Source: an uncultured virus (IMG/VR IMGVR_UViG_3300025389_000012)
Lineage: Duplodnaviria; Heunggongvirae; Uroviricota; Caudoviricetes
Direction: 5' to 3' (one strand)
Length of the DNA stretch: 64,000 nt
IMG/VR virus record: IMGVR_UViG_3300025389_000012
Below the pieces are notes generated by a model. That model ran no database searches. It was given only the letters and a program-made list of their open reading frames with translations, and was not told the origin of the DNA. The translations under genes were made by a program, and so were the position numbers. Positions 48,746 to 57,810 of this stretch are shown in pieces (the first letter of the stretch is position 1; the number at the start of each line of letters is the position of its first letter).

Positions 48746-49014
48746 ACAAAGTCCTGTGAGTACTGATTACAAATACTATCAATTTCATTGCGAACAGAAC
48801 TAATAGTATCGCACATTTTGGAATAATTGTCAAGCCTTCTGACTAAAATAAACTGAGGATTATATATTCTAATCTCAGCCCTAACCGTGTAATAATTAAA
48901 ATTAATTACAATACAAGGTAGATTTCTATTGGCTCTGTTTTCAACATAATTAACTGTTGCTTTTTGTTGTTCCAAATATACCGTTAATAAATCAATAATT
49001 GTGTTAGTGTCCAT
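48742..49014 (-). CDS. Hypothetical protein
   Basis: 90-aa ORF in operon. Confidence 0.5.
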   Translation of the reverse strand: MDTNTIIDLLTVYLEQQKATVNYVENRANRNLPCIVINFNYYTVRAEIRIYNPQFILVRRLDNYSKMCDTISSVRNEIDSICNQYSQDFV

Positions 49015-49023
49015 GTATGCTAT

Positions 49024-49773
49024 TTAGACACCCACAGTCCATTTAACTACAGAATAGTAATGCATTTGTTCCTTATGTCGTTGTTCAAACTTACCAGTAA
49101 TATTGATAGGCTTATCCAATACATGTTCAAACAAACACATTAAAGGATTATTCTCTTCAATGTTTAGTTTTACTAAATTATCTACTTCATCGGTAAACCA
49201 AAATTCATAAGACTTATCTTTGCTAATATATGACTTAATCTTTTTAACAAAGTTTAATGTTTTGGTTTGCCTATTTGTTCCAGGCAACACAACTACTTTA
49301 CTGCTATTAAGAGGCCGAATGTTGGCTCCAAATAGGTCAAGAATTTGTAAATCATAGATATAAAAATAAGGAAGTTTATATGCCATACCCAAATATTTGT
49401 CAGGGTAGATATGTCTTCCACTGCCTTTTGGATCAATAAAATCACTGTGAATAAACTTGTTAAGGTCTTCACGATATTGTGAAAGTCTTACGTTGCGCAA
49501 CTTCATCATCATTAACTTTTGACTGTAATGCTTTTTGATTTTAGTTGCAAGTTCAATGTCTTCAGGCAACACGAAACCAGGCAGGCGTTCATCGTCCAAT
49601 GACATATATTGATTTTTTAATCTAAAAGCACAACAACTAAGAATTAATAGGTCTTCATCAACCGTTGTGTATTTTTCACGATATGTTGATGACATTTTTA
49701 GTAACTCTGTCATATCAAAGTCTCCGGGTGTAGAATGTACTGGAACTACGACATTTTGTAAAATACTAGCCAA
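49024..49773 (-). CDS. Hypothetical protein
   Basis: 249-aa ORF overlapping the uvsY stop. Confidence 0.6.
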   Translation of the reverse strand: MASILQNVVVPVHSTPGDFDMTELLKMSSTYREKYTTVDEDLLILSCCAFRLKNQYMSLDDERLPGFVLPEDIELATKIKKHYSQKLMMMKLRNVRLSQYREDLNKFIHSDFIDPKGSGRHIYPDKYLGMAYKLPYFYIYDLQILDLFGANIRPLNSSKVVVLPGTNRQTKTLNFVKKIKSYISKDKSYEFWFTDEVDNLVKLNIEENNPLMCLFEHVLDKPINITGKFEQRHKEQMHYYSVVKWTVGV

Positions 49774-50224
49774 TTGTGATATCCTCCATACCTGCTGTTC
49801 TTAAACGAACGATGTGGCCCATTTGCCATTGTTTAGCGTCAATGCCTTTCATGACGCCTAAATATCTGTTGCGCAATAGTGCAACTTCATTTATTAAAAC
49901 TTCAAAATCAATTACTTCTTCTTCACCGTCAACATACTTTTCTGCATCACGTGCGGTTAATGCACGTTGATAACCTTCTAAGTATTTTTGAAAATGCTTT
50001 CTACGAATCTTACGTAATTGAATGTTAAGGTAGTTGAGTACCGCTTCAATCTCTTGTAGTTGATTGAAACGATACTCAGTCACACCCGGTAGTGCGGCAA
50101 TGTTCTTTTCAACATTACCTTTTACCATTACATCGTACTTAGCCGATGTTAGTTCCTGTTCATAGTGTTGTATGAAGTCAGGAAGCACAGACAAATCCGC
50201 AGTAATCTTAGAATACCAGTTCAT
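49766..50224 (-). CDS. uvsY: Recombination mediator UvsY-like
   Basis: Helical 152 aa near uvsX; AEKYVDGEE...KGIDAKQWQ. Confidence 0.75.
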   Translation of the reverse strand: MNWYSKITADLSVLPDFIQHYEQELTSAKYDVMVKGNVEKNIAALPGVTEYRFNQLQEIEAVLNYLNIQLRKIRRKHFQKYLEGYQRALTARDAEKYVDGEEEVIDFEVLINEVALLRNRYLGVMKGIDAKQWQMGHIVRLRTAGMEDITIG

Positions 50225-50514
50225 TAATAATTGTTGTCTTCGTCTTCGTCATAATCATCACGGTAATCTTCTTCATCGTCATAGAATTCTTCTTCTTCAT
50301 CGTACTTAGAAAATTCATCACCGGGGCTTTCGATATAATATCCAACTGCTTGCTGAATATTTAAATCACGCTTAAATGTCTTTTTAATATCTTGTGGATC
50401 ATAATCGTTATCCACAAGATAATTAACTAGCAATTCAGCGGCTTCGTTTACATCACCTACTTGAATACTGGGCTTTAAGATATCCCACATTTCGCTTACT
50501 AGATTTAAACTCAT
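50224..50514 (-). CDS. Hypothetical protein with acidic tail
   Basis: 96 aa, D/E-rich C-terminus. Confidence 0.6.
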   Translation of the reverse strand: MSLNLVSEMWDILKPSIQVGDVNEAAELLVNYLVDNDYDPQDIKKTFKRDLNIQQAVGYYIESPGDEFSKYDEEEEFYDDEEDYRDDYDEDEDNNY

Positions 50515-51578
50515 ACTTCATTTTCCTCCTCCTGAAGTACTGTACTTAGTTTATTGTTTTGACGCTTAGGAAATTCTTCCATTACACGATCAAGACAATT
50601 ATCATCATTACGTTCCCAACCTTTACGGAACTTCTTAATGATTTCTCCGTCAAGAGTAGTATACACTAAACTGTTGCCTTCTTTAGACAACATACCCTTG
50701 CCTTCAAACATATCAACTAAGCCACTGTAAGGATTCATACCTGTTTCATATGGAATCTTTACTTGTACACTTTCAAAAGGCTTACTGTAACGTGTCTTCA
50801 TAACCTTACAAGCACTACGAATACCACGTACTTCACTTACCTTGTTACCATCCTCATCCTCTTTGAGTTTGAGTTTCTTCATAGCAACAACGATTGAACT
50901 TGCATAAACGAAACCTTGACCACCACTGATCTTATCATCTGGGTCAAACATATCTTGGCTTGCATATGTATGATTAGTTGCAATCAATCCTACATTATAA
51001 CTACCAAACATGTTAACACAGTTACGAACAAGTGCAGTTAATGCTTTGGGCTTACGACCCATGTCACCCTTCATGTCACCTGCCTCAAACTGATTAACGT
51101 CAGTTGGAGTCAATAGCATACCAAGACTGTCAAGTACAAATAGTACCTTTGGTCGATCAGTATCTGGCATTACCTTGTAAGACTTCATAAACTCACTAAT
51201 AGTTTTGCCTACGTCATCAATCATTGCCATATTAAGTTTCAACAACTTATCTTCATCAGTTGAAACACCTAATGCATGTAGCCATGCCTCATCCAAAGCA
51301 TTCTCGGTGTCGATTAAGACAACGAAAATGCCTTGCTGTTGGGCATGACGTACTAAGTTACCTGAACAGATAAAACTCTTACCTGAACCTGATTCACCTG
51401 CAAATACAGTTACCTTGCCAAGTGGTACACCTTTATTAAAGTCACCACTGATAAGATAGTTCAGTGCATGGTTACCAGTGCTAATCCAATCAGTTGGATC
51501 GTTAAATCCAATGCTAAGACCATCAATAGCCTTAGTAATATCCTTACGGAACTTACTTACGTCAAATGCCTTTCCCAT
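50511..51578 (-). CDS. uvsX: RecA-like recombinase UvsX
   Basis: GESGSGKS, IDTENA, VLDSLG, NHTY, SGG, KTRY. Confidence 0.95.
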   Translation of the reverse strand: MGKAFDVSKFRKDITKAIDGLSIGFNDPTDWISTGNHALNYLISGDFNKGVPLGKVTVFAGESGSGKSFICSGNLVRHAQQQGIFVVLIDTENALDEAWLHALGVSTDEDKLLKLNMAMIDDVGKTISEFMKSYKVMPDTDRPKVLFVLDSLGMLLTPTDVNQFEAGDMKGDMGRKPKALTALVRNCVNMFGSYNVGLIATNHTYASQDMFDPDDKISGGQGFVYASSIVVAMKKLKLKEDEDGNKVSEVRGIRSACKVMKTRYSKPFESVQVKIPYETGMNPYSGLVDMFEGKGMLSKEGNSLVYTTLDGEIIKKFRKGWERNDDNCLDRVMEEFPKRQNNKLSTVLQEEENEV

Positions 51579-51841
51579 TATCGATCCTTAGGAAGAGTGT
51601 GAACAACCTTAATCAAATCAATTAATTCGGCTTCTGAGTTTACAACTAACTTAAGTGAAATCCAATCATCGTTATAATCACGACCGCCTACTTCAAGTAG
51701 GAAACCATTGTCGTAACGTTGAATTTCATAACCTTGATTTGTCTTTTCAAGGGTTTGCAATAATGTTACATTTTTCTCATATTCCTCAAATTTTGAGGTC
51801 TGTGGTGTCTGTACTGTTTTTGTCTTTGTCTTTGTTGCCAT
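51578..51841 (-). CDS. Hypothetical protein
   Basis: 87 aa with SD AGGAG. Confidence 0.65.
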   Translation of the reverse strand: MATKTKTKTVQTPQTSKFEEYEKNVTLLQTLEKTNQGYEIQRYDNGFLLEVGGRDYNDDWISLKLVVNSEAELIDLIKVVHTLPKDR

Positions 51842-51862
51842 GTTATTTCTCCTATTGTTAAA

Positions 51863-52093
51863 TTATCTGGCTGCGTGTTTCATTCTATCAGAATATGAAA
51901 CTTTGTCAAGTATATCGGGACACTGGTCTGCCATTCTTTCTAAGTCATAATCACTTGGAAAGTGGCGAAGAGCACCACGTGCGCGGTCCCTAATGATACT
52001 AGGTACCCTTGGTGTCTTACCTGGATCGCACAATTCTTCCAAAAGTTTCTTACCCTGCTTGAGTGAGCGGTATCTTTCGTCTGGTAGTGTCAT
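51863..52093 (-). CDS. Small protein resembling the BPSL0761 family
   Basis: MTLPDER...PRVP..IR..A...LRHFP; SD AAGGAG before ATG 52093. Confidence 0.6.
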   Translation of the reverse strand: MTLPDERYRSLKQGKKLLEELCDPGKTPRVPSIIRDRARGALRHFPSDYDLERMADQCPDILDKVSYSDRMKHAAR

Positions 52094-52114
52094 GGTAGTC
52101 TCCTTAACCAAAAT

Positions 52115-52136
52115 AGGGGGAAGTTTCCTTCCCCCT
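52115..52136 (-). terminator. Terminator after gp32
   Basis: AGGGGGAAG-TTTC-CTTCCCCCT. Confidence 0.85.
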
Positions 52137-52143
52137 TAGGTTT

Positions 52144-53130
52144 TTAGGCCTTATTTTGTCTTGCACGGATCATTGCTAAGATGTCCTGTGCTTTATCGCT
52201 TGAAGTTGCCTTTGGAACAACTACTGGATCAGATGCTTGAGTAGCATCGTCCTCAGCGATAGCCTGTGGTGCAGAAACGGGTGCGCTGGTTTCAGCAGTC
52301 GCAGTTTGTTTGTCCGTTGTTGCTCCGGCTGGGGCTTCTAGTCCATATGGACGATAGTATGCACCCCAACGTTCATTATCATATGGTTGACCGTCAACTG
52401 ACGCCTCAAACATTTCCTTAATAATACGGAGTTCTGCCTCATTAGGCTTCTTGGGTAAGAAGTCTGTTAGATTGAATAGACCATGTGCTTGAATTGCTGC
52501 CTGTTCAGCCTCAGTCAAAGCACTTTCTTTACGTGCCCAGTTTGAAGTTGAGTAGTCAGCATATCCGCCCTTGCTTGTCTTCTTAATATTGAAGTCAAGA
52601 CCACGCATATAATCTGTTGGTAATTCTTCCATCTCAGGGTCCAATAATGAACTCTTAATGATAGTAAAAATTTGTGGAGAAATAACGAATCTACGAATTG
52701 GATTCGCAGGAGTCTTGTCATCACCTAGTGGGTTCTGACGAACAAAACCTTGGAAGATATAACTACGTTTCTTCCAATACTTGTTAGCAAGTTCCTTCAA
52801 AGTATCATCCTTGTACCAAGGACGAACCTCAGCCAACACAGGGCAACTGTCACCATACATTTCCATGCATGGAACTTGAACTACAGTTTGCTTGATGTTT
52901 GGATCACCCTTAACTCCGTTGAATGGAAGTTTGATGACTTGACGTTCTACCCAAAAACCATATGGGTTACTATTGTCCGCATCTGGAAGGAAACGAACTG
53001 TGGCTGTTGAGCCTTCATCGATATTCCAGTGGGGGTAGATTGAGTTGTCTGATTGACTTGAAGAACCCTTGTTTTGGGTCTTGTTTTCTTGTGCCGCAAT
53101 ACGGGCACGAATTTCTGCTAATGATGCCAT
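52144..53130 (-). CDS. Single-stranded DNA-binding protein (gp32-like)
   Basis: VRFLPD, C...CP, GLDFNIKKT.KGGYADYSTS; flexible C-terminal tail. Confidence 0.85.
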   Translation of the reverse strand: MASLAEIRARIAAQENKTQNKGSSSQSDNSIYPHWNIDEGSTATVRFLPDADNSNPYGFWVERQVIKLPFNGVKGDPNIKQTVVQVPCMEMYGDSCPVLAEVRPWYKDDTLKELANKYWKKRSYIFQGFVRQNPLGDDKTPANPIRRFVISPQIFTIIKSSLLDPEMEELPTDYMRGLDFNIKKTSKGGYADYSTSNWARKESALTEAEQAAIQAHGLFNLTDFLPKKPNEAELRIIKEMFEASVDGQPYDNERWGAYYRPYGLEAPAGATTDKQTATAETSAPVSAPQAIAEDDATQASDPVVVPKATSSDKAQDILAMIRARQNKA

Positions 53131-53208
53131 TTTAATATCCTTTTTTCATTGACATGGTGTCGTTTTGAGTTGTCGCCCTCTCACCATGAGAGAACTAACA
53201 CAGTACTA

Positions 53209-53246
53209 AGTATATAACAACTTTCATGCTGTGTCAAGTATATTTA
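53209..53246 (-). promoter_or_regulatory. Tandem late (TAAATA 53241-53246) and sigma70 (53209-53237) promoters of gp32
   Basis: CATAAATA followed by TTGACA-N17-TATACT. Confidence 0.8.
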
Positions 53247-53259
53247 TGCCAGATATGGT

Positions 53260-53284
53260 AAACCTCACCTTTTAAGTGAGGTTT
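53260..53284. terminator. Terminator-like hairpin
   Basis: AAACCTCAC-N7-GTGAGGTTT. Confidence 0.7.
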
Positions 53285-53292
53285 TTGTGAGT

Positions 53293-55929
53293 TTATTTAC
53301 CCAATAGTCGTTTTAAATCTGCTAGTTCATCACGTTCAACTGATTCATTAGCACCAACTAATTTACCACGCAAGTTCTTTTCATTTTTACCTACTGGTTC
53401 GGTTGGGCCTAATTGTCCTACACGCTTTTGATTGGCATCTAGGTCTTCCGCCACACCTTGTTCGCTGTTTAACTTGTTCTGCAGATTGTTCCATTTATGA
53501 ATAGCACGGTTGACGGTGATGTTTCCTATGCCAGGAACTGTGTGATTTTTATCACAATAAACTTTATACACACCATTAAAATCCAAATCAATTGGCCTTG
53601 CTTTTGCCCCACATATAGCACACGGTAAAATTTCTGGTGTAAATACTGGTTGCGAGCCTTCCGCCACACCTTCTTCAATTTCATCGTCCATGCTGTGATA
53701 TACAGCATCAACTTTATCGGCTGCTGTAGCAACTAATTGTTGTTGCCAGGGTTCTAGGCTATCTTTACCGCCCATGCCTTTAACTTTCTTACCAATCTTT
53801 TCTGAAGCCTTAGCCATCTTGTTTAGATTGTCACTTGCCATGCCGTTTTCTTCTTCGGTATGACCATCTTCTTCTGCTACTGCTTGAGGAACCATGTTAA
53901 TGAAGTTTTCTTCCATACCTTCATTCAATTCATCATCTTTGAATTCCATGTCATCGTATTTGCTGTGTGGCCAAGGCTTGCCTGTGCGACTGTCAATATC
54001 ATTGCCGTCATCATCATAATCGCTGTATTCAGAATAATCTTCATATACGATTCGTACACCATCAAAATCACTGTTGTAATCAATGTAGAATTTTCTTACT
54101 TTACCGTCACCGCATACGATACCACGTTCTAGTATTTTTTCAACAGCTCGTTGTGCATCAATAACACGATCCATCATGTTCTTTTTCTTTGGATTCTTAT
54201 CTTTTCTAACTTGATCAGCAATAGCACTTAAATCTTGGTTATACCAAGCACTTGCTAGCGTTCTGATATATTCATCACCACTATTACCACCGGGGTTTTC
54301 ACCTGGTGCAAATTCGTTTAATGAACTTTCTGCTACACCTTCTTCATGTTCTTCGCCCTCTTCATAGTAACCTGCTGGCAATCCCATACCACCAATACCT
54401 GCTAATCCTACGATGCCTTTTAATGCACGGCCCCAATCTTCTGCGCTAGCACCTGAACCATCAGATTTTTCTCTGGCTTTTTTGCTAGCAATAGATAATT
54501 TAGTAACTAATTCGTCTTGATCTTTGGGTTCCATCCTTGCAAATTTTTTGGCAAGTTCAGGATTTTTTTTTAACAATTCTTTAATTTTTGCTAATTCATC
54601 GTCTGATTCATAAACAGGATCAATTGGCTTACCATTATCACCCATTACTTCACCCTTATCTAATGATAAGCGATCTTTTTGCATTTCAATTCTATGTTCA
54701 ATCTCTTTGATCTTTTCTACGTCGCCTTCTTTTTTAGCACGTTGATAGAATTTTTCTAATTTTTGTAATTGTGGGCTATGATCATATGCATCTTTTGCTT
54801 CTAAGTAACTAATTCCTTGCAATGCCGCAATCAATGCCGCGCCACCAAGTATTTTACCTACCATGCCTTCTTCAACTTCTTCCTCTTCAGGAATAGTCTT
54901 CATGTCTGTGGCTTCTTCCATGCCAACGCTTTCAGCCCATTCGCTTAATTCAGTTACTTCTTTCATCTCGCCAATGTTTTTGCGTAGGCGTGATAAGATA
55001 GGCATTACACTTTCAATGCGTGGGTCAAGTGTTTCTTGTACAAACAATTCATTTAAGTTAGTTTGATCATCACCTTCTGTCTCCATTAATGTAGGAGTCC
55101 AACTTTCAAAGTAAGCAGTATAACCACGTTTACCTGTCATACGACTTAATGATTCACGTAGTTTGTTATAATGATTGATACCTTCATTTACTAATTGTTG
55201 TGCTGATTCATTGAATTGTCCATTGCGAGTGGCACGAACGAATCCAGCCATTTTATTGTATTCTTCACAAAGACCTTTAATGTGATTCCAACGATCATCA
55301 TTTGGAACACCACCTTCTGCTAAGTGACGGGCATAGACACGGGCAATACCAGGACGTGTTGTAGGTGCAAGAATTCTTTCACCTTGTGAGTTTTCTAAGA
55401 AGATACGTGCAATGTTACGGAAACGTTGTTCACCTTCTTGGATTTGTCTGGTATGTTGTAATATGATTTTTACGCTAGGTACTGAATCGCTGTAACTAGC
55501 ACTTTTACCCATTGGGTAGTAGCCTTCTGATAGATTGTCTTTCATTTTGTAGTATTCCCTATGTCTCATATCGTCACTAATACGGTCCTTGTCGGATAAC
55601 TCAAAACTTAATTGTCTACGTTGTGCCCAATTTTTGAGTTGCTTTAGTAATCCTGTCCACGTATCATCATAATCTAGCCCAGGAGTTGCACCACTTGGAC
55701 TATCTGCTTGTTCGTTGCTATAATATACGACTAGTTTCTGTGCATCATCAATGCTGACCCATGCCTTACCATAATCTTCACCGTCTTTGGTAAAGTTGAA
55801 TTCAATAACGTCAGCCTGTGGACTAGCCTCAACACGCTGGTTTTTTGCATTTAATGGGACAGGTTTATAACCCCTGACTTTTAAAAGGTCGTATAATTTA
55901 GTATTGAAATTTTCTGTATCTACTGCCAT
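53293..55929 (-). CDS. Modular acidic head polyprotein (878 aa) with repeated GVAE/x-x-E sites and a Lar-like module
   Basis: Immediately downstream of terL with its own late promoter; EGVAE x2, QGVAE, QAVAE and many L/V-x-E sites. Confidence 0.7.
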   Translation of the reverse strand: MAVDTENFNTKLYDLLKVRGYKPVPLNAKNQRVEASPQADVIEFNFTKDGEDYGKAWVSIDDAQKLVVYYSNEQADSPSGATPGLDYDDTWTGLLKQLKNWAQRRQLSFELSDKDRISDDMRHREYYKMKDNLSEGYYPMGKSASYSDSVPSVKIILQHTRQIQEGEQRFRNIARIFLENSQGERILAPTTRPGIARVYARHLAEGGVPNDDRWNHIKGLCEEYNKMAGFVRATRNGQFNESAQQLVNEGINHYNKLRESLSRMTGKRGYTAYFESWTPTLMETEGDDQTNLNELFVQETLDPRIESVMPILSRLRKNIGEMKEVTELSEWAESVGMEEATDMKTIPEEEEVEEGMVGKILGGAALIAALQGISYLEAKDAYDHSPQLQKLEKFYQRAKKEGDVEKIKEIEHRIEMQKDRLSLDKGEVMGDNGKPIDPVYESDDELAKIKELLKKNPELAKKFARMEPKDQDELVTKLSIASKKAREKSDGSGASAEDWGRALKGIVGLAGIGGMGLPAGYYEEGEEHEEGVAESSLNEFAPGENPGGNSGDEYIRTLASAWYNQDLSAIADQVRKDKNPKKKNMMDRVIDAQRAVEKILERGIVCGDGKVRKFYIDYNSDFDGVRIVYEDYSEYSDYDDDGNDIDSRTGKPWPHSKYDDMEFKDDELNEGMEENFINMVPQAVAEEDGHTEEENGMASDNLNKMAKASEKIGKKVKGMGGKDSLEPWQQQLVATAADKVDAVYHSMDDEIEEGVAEGSQPVFTPEILPCAICGAKARPIDLDFNGVYKVYCDKNHTVPGIGNITVNRAIHKWNNLQNKLNSEQGVAEDLDANQKRVGQLGPTEPVGKNEKNLRGKLVGANESVERDELADLKRLLGK
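53445..53672 (-). repeat. 15-bp perfect direct repeat AAGGTGTGGCGGAAG (53658-53672 and 53445-53459) flanking an in-frame 71-codon module
   Basis: Both copies read directly; spacing 213 bp. Confidence 0.95.
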
Positions 55930-55949
55930 ATGTATATTTAGTCCAACCC

Positions 55950-57497
55950 TTACCCTAGAACGGCAAAGAAGGGCAATGGTGCAATGATCTCTTGGTGATC
56001 CCTAATATGTGACTCTAAGTCACTATTATAGTCGCTTAATAGTTGGAATATTCTAACTACTAGTAAGGATGACATAACTAGATCGTCCGTTCCACCAACT
56101 TTGGCTGCATAACTGCCACCACTAGCAACAAATTCTTTTAGTTCGCTTATTAATGACTTGCTGTTTACTGTCATCTTTTTAGATTCTAGTAGTGTTTTGA
56201 ATTTTGCACAGGCCGCTAGTTTAGGTTTTTGTGTTGTTGTAAAGCCCTTACGCTTTTTGCCCGGTTCGCTGATAAAGATACCTGGAATATTGCTCTCGCC
56301 GTATTCTGCTAAACTGACCAATGCGGCTTCGCCAATACTGTTGTTCTCAATTGAGTAATATAAATTGTTAGGTTCTTTGGTAATGTCTGTAATATACTTG
56401 TTGATTTGTGCTAACAGTTTAATTTGATTAGGGATATCTGTTTTATTGTGCTTCCACTCACCTATCTGTGTTGTAGTGTTTGCTTCATAGATTTGAATAG
56501 CCGCATTATCTCCACCTGTACCAAGACTTGGATCAAGTCCTACTACATAGATATTACCTTTAGTAGGTTGTTTATACCAACGTACTTGTCCCATACGTGT
56601 AATAGGTTCAATGCCATCTAATTGAATCAATGTGTTTGGATTAATTAATGTTTCATCAGCAATAATGAATTCACAACCGATTTCACGATTGAAACGATCT
56701 TCACCTAACTGTGCTTTCATTTCTTCAGCCCACTTGTCATCACGACCGGGCTGTTCTCTCCAATGCGCACGATATGCTTTGAAACCGTTTATACCAACAT
56801 CTGTTTGATTTCCATATTCATCTTCTGTTTTGTTTGCACCTTTCCAAATTAATGCGAATTGATCTTCGTCACTGTTTGGGGTACTTGTGATAATCGCTTT
56901 ACCACCAGTTGATAGTGTTGGAGTAATAGCAGTCCAGAATTCTTTAGCAATACTAGGTCTTACGAATGCGAACTCGTCAAGATATAACAGTGTAATAGAC
57001 ATACCACGACCAGTATTTTCAGTAGTTGTTGCACTTACAATACGACTACCGTTCTCAAAGTCCAGTGATCCTTTGTTGTATGTTGTGACACCTGCTTTAA
57101 TATGATCAGGGCAGTTCTCATATGCATAACGTATACGTTGCATAATTTCTTGCGCACCTGTATACTTGTGTGCGGCAATAAGAATGGTACTGTCTGGTAT
57201 AAACATTGCATACCACAACAAATAACCCGCGGCACTAGTTGACTTACCACTTTGTCGAGGCATCAAGTTGATACTAAATCTATAATTGTGATAGGTATCA
57301 ATTAGTTTTTGTTGATAAGGCCATGGATGATATAACATACTACCCTTAGTTGGGTGTTGTATGTGAAAGAAGTTATCCATGAAGTATAGATACCCTGTAT
57401 TGGGATCACAACATTTCACAAAATCATCTAATTGCTTTTGATTAGCAAAAAGTGTTTTCTGATAGGGTGTCTTTACTAGTGAGAATGCGTTTGCCAT
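55950..57497 (-). CDS. terL: Terminase large subunit (gp17-like)
   Basis: PRQSGKS Walker A, LYLDEFAF Walker B, ITSTPN, GLDPS and DDLVM nuclease motifs. Confidence 0.97.
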   Translation of the reverse strand: MANAFSLVKTPYQKTLFANQKQLDDFVKCCDPNTGYLYFMDNFFHIQHPTKGSMLYHPWPYQQKLIDTYHNYRFSINLMPRQSGKSTSAAGYLLWYAMFIPDSTILIAAHKYTGAQEIMQRIRYAYENCPDHIKAGVTTYNKGSLDFENGSRIVSATTTENTGRGMSITLLYLDEFAFVRPSIAKEFWTAITPTLSTGGKAIITSTPNSDEDQFALIWKGANKTEDEYGNQTDVGINGFKAYRAHWREQPGRDDKWAEEMKAQLGEDRFNREIGCEFIIADETLINPNTLIQLDGIEPITRMGQVRWYKQPTKGNIYVVGLDPSLGTGGDNAAIQIYEANTTTQIGEWKHNKTDIPNQIKLLAQINKYITDITKEPNNLYYSIENNSIGEAALVSLAEYGESNIPGIFISEPGKKRKGFTTTQKPKLAACAKFKTLLESKKMTVNSKSLISELKEFVASGGSYAAKVGGTDDLVMSSLLVVRIFQLLSDYNSDLESHIRDHQEIIAPLPFFAVLG

Positions 57498-57520
57498 AAT
57501 ACTATTTAGTACTTAATATG

Positions 57521-57802
57521 CTACTTTTTTGAAAAAGGGTCTTCACCAGTAAGATGTGGTTTGGCAAACATAACTTTAAACCATTCTTTATCACCTGGTT
57601 TGATGTTGTTATCACGCATATATTGTTGTTTCTTAGCCATAAGTTGCGCATCAATAGGTTGATTGATTTCCCCTGTAATCTTTCCCGAACCACTTAGACG
57701 TTTTAATTCGTCTAATGTCATTTCTTTTTCAGGGCCCAAATTAAAATTACGCATATTTTTATATGCATTTTGTAATTTGGCTTGTTTGAATGCATCGAAC
57801 AT
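57521..57802 (-). CDS. Hypothetical late protein
   Basis: 93 aa; ELKRLSG and IKPGDKEWF motifs; TAAATA 5 nt before ATG. Confidence 0.65.
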   Translation of the reverse strand: MFDAFKQAKLQNAYKNMRNFNLGPEKEMTLDELKRLSGSGKITGEINQPIDAQLMAKKQQYMRDNNIKPGDKEWFKVMFAKPHLTGEDPFSKK

Positions 57803-57810
57803 AACAGTAT

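Noticed and set aside
53445..53459. Chi site interpretation of the 15-bp repeat
   Set aside because: It does not match E. coli Chi (GCTGGTGG), and the host Chi sequence is unknown.
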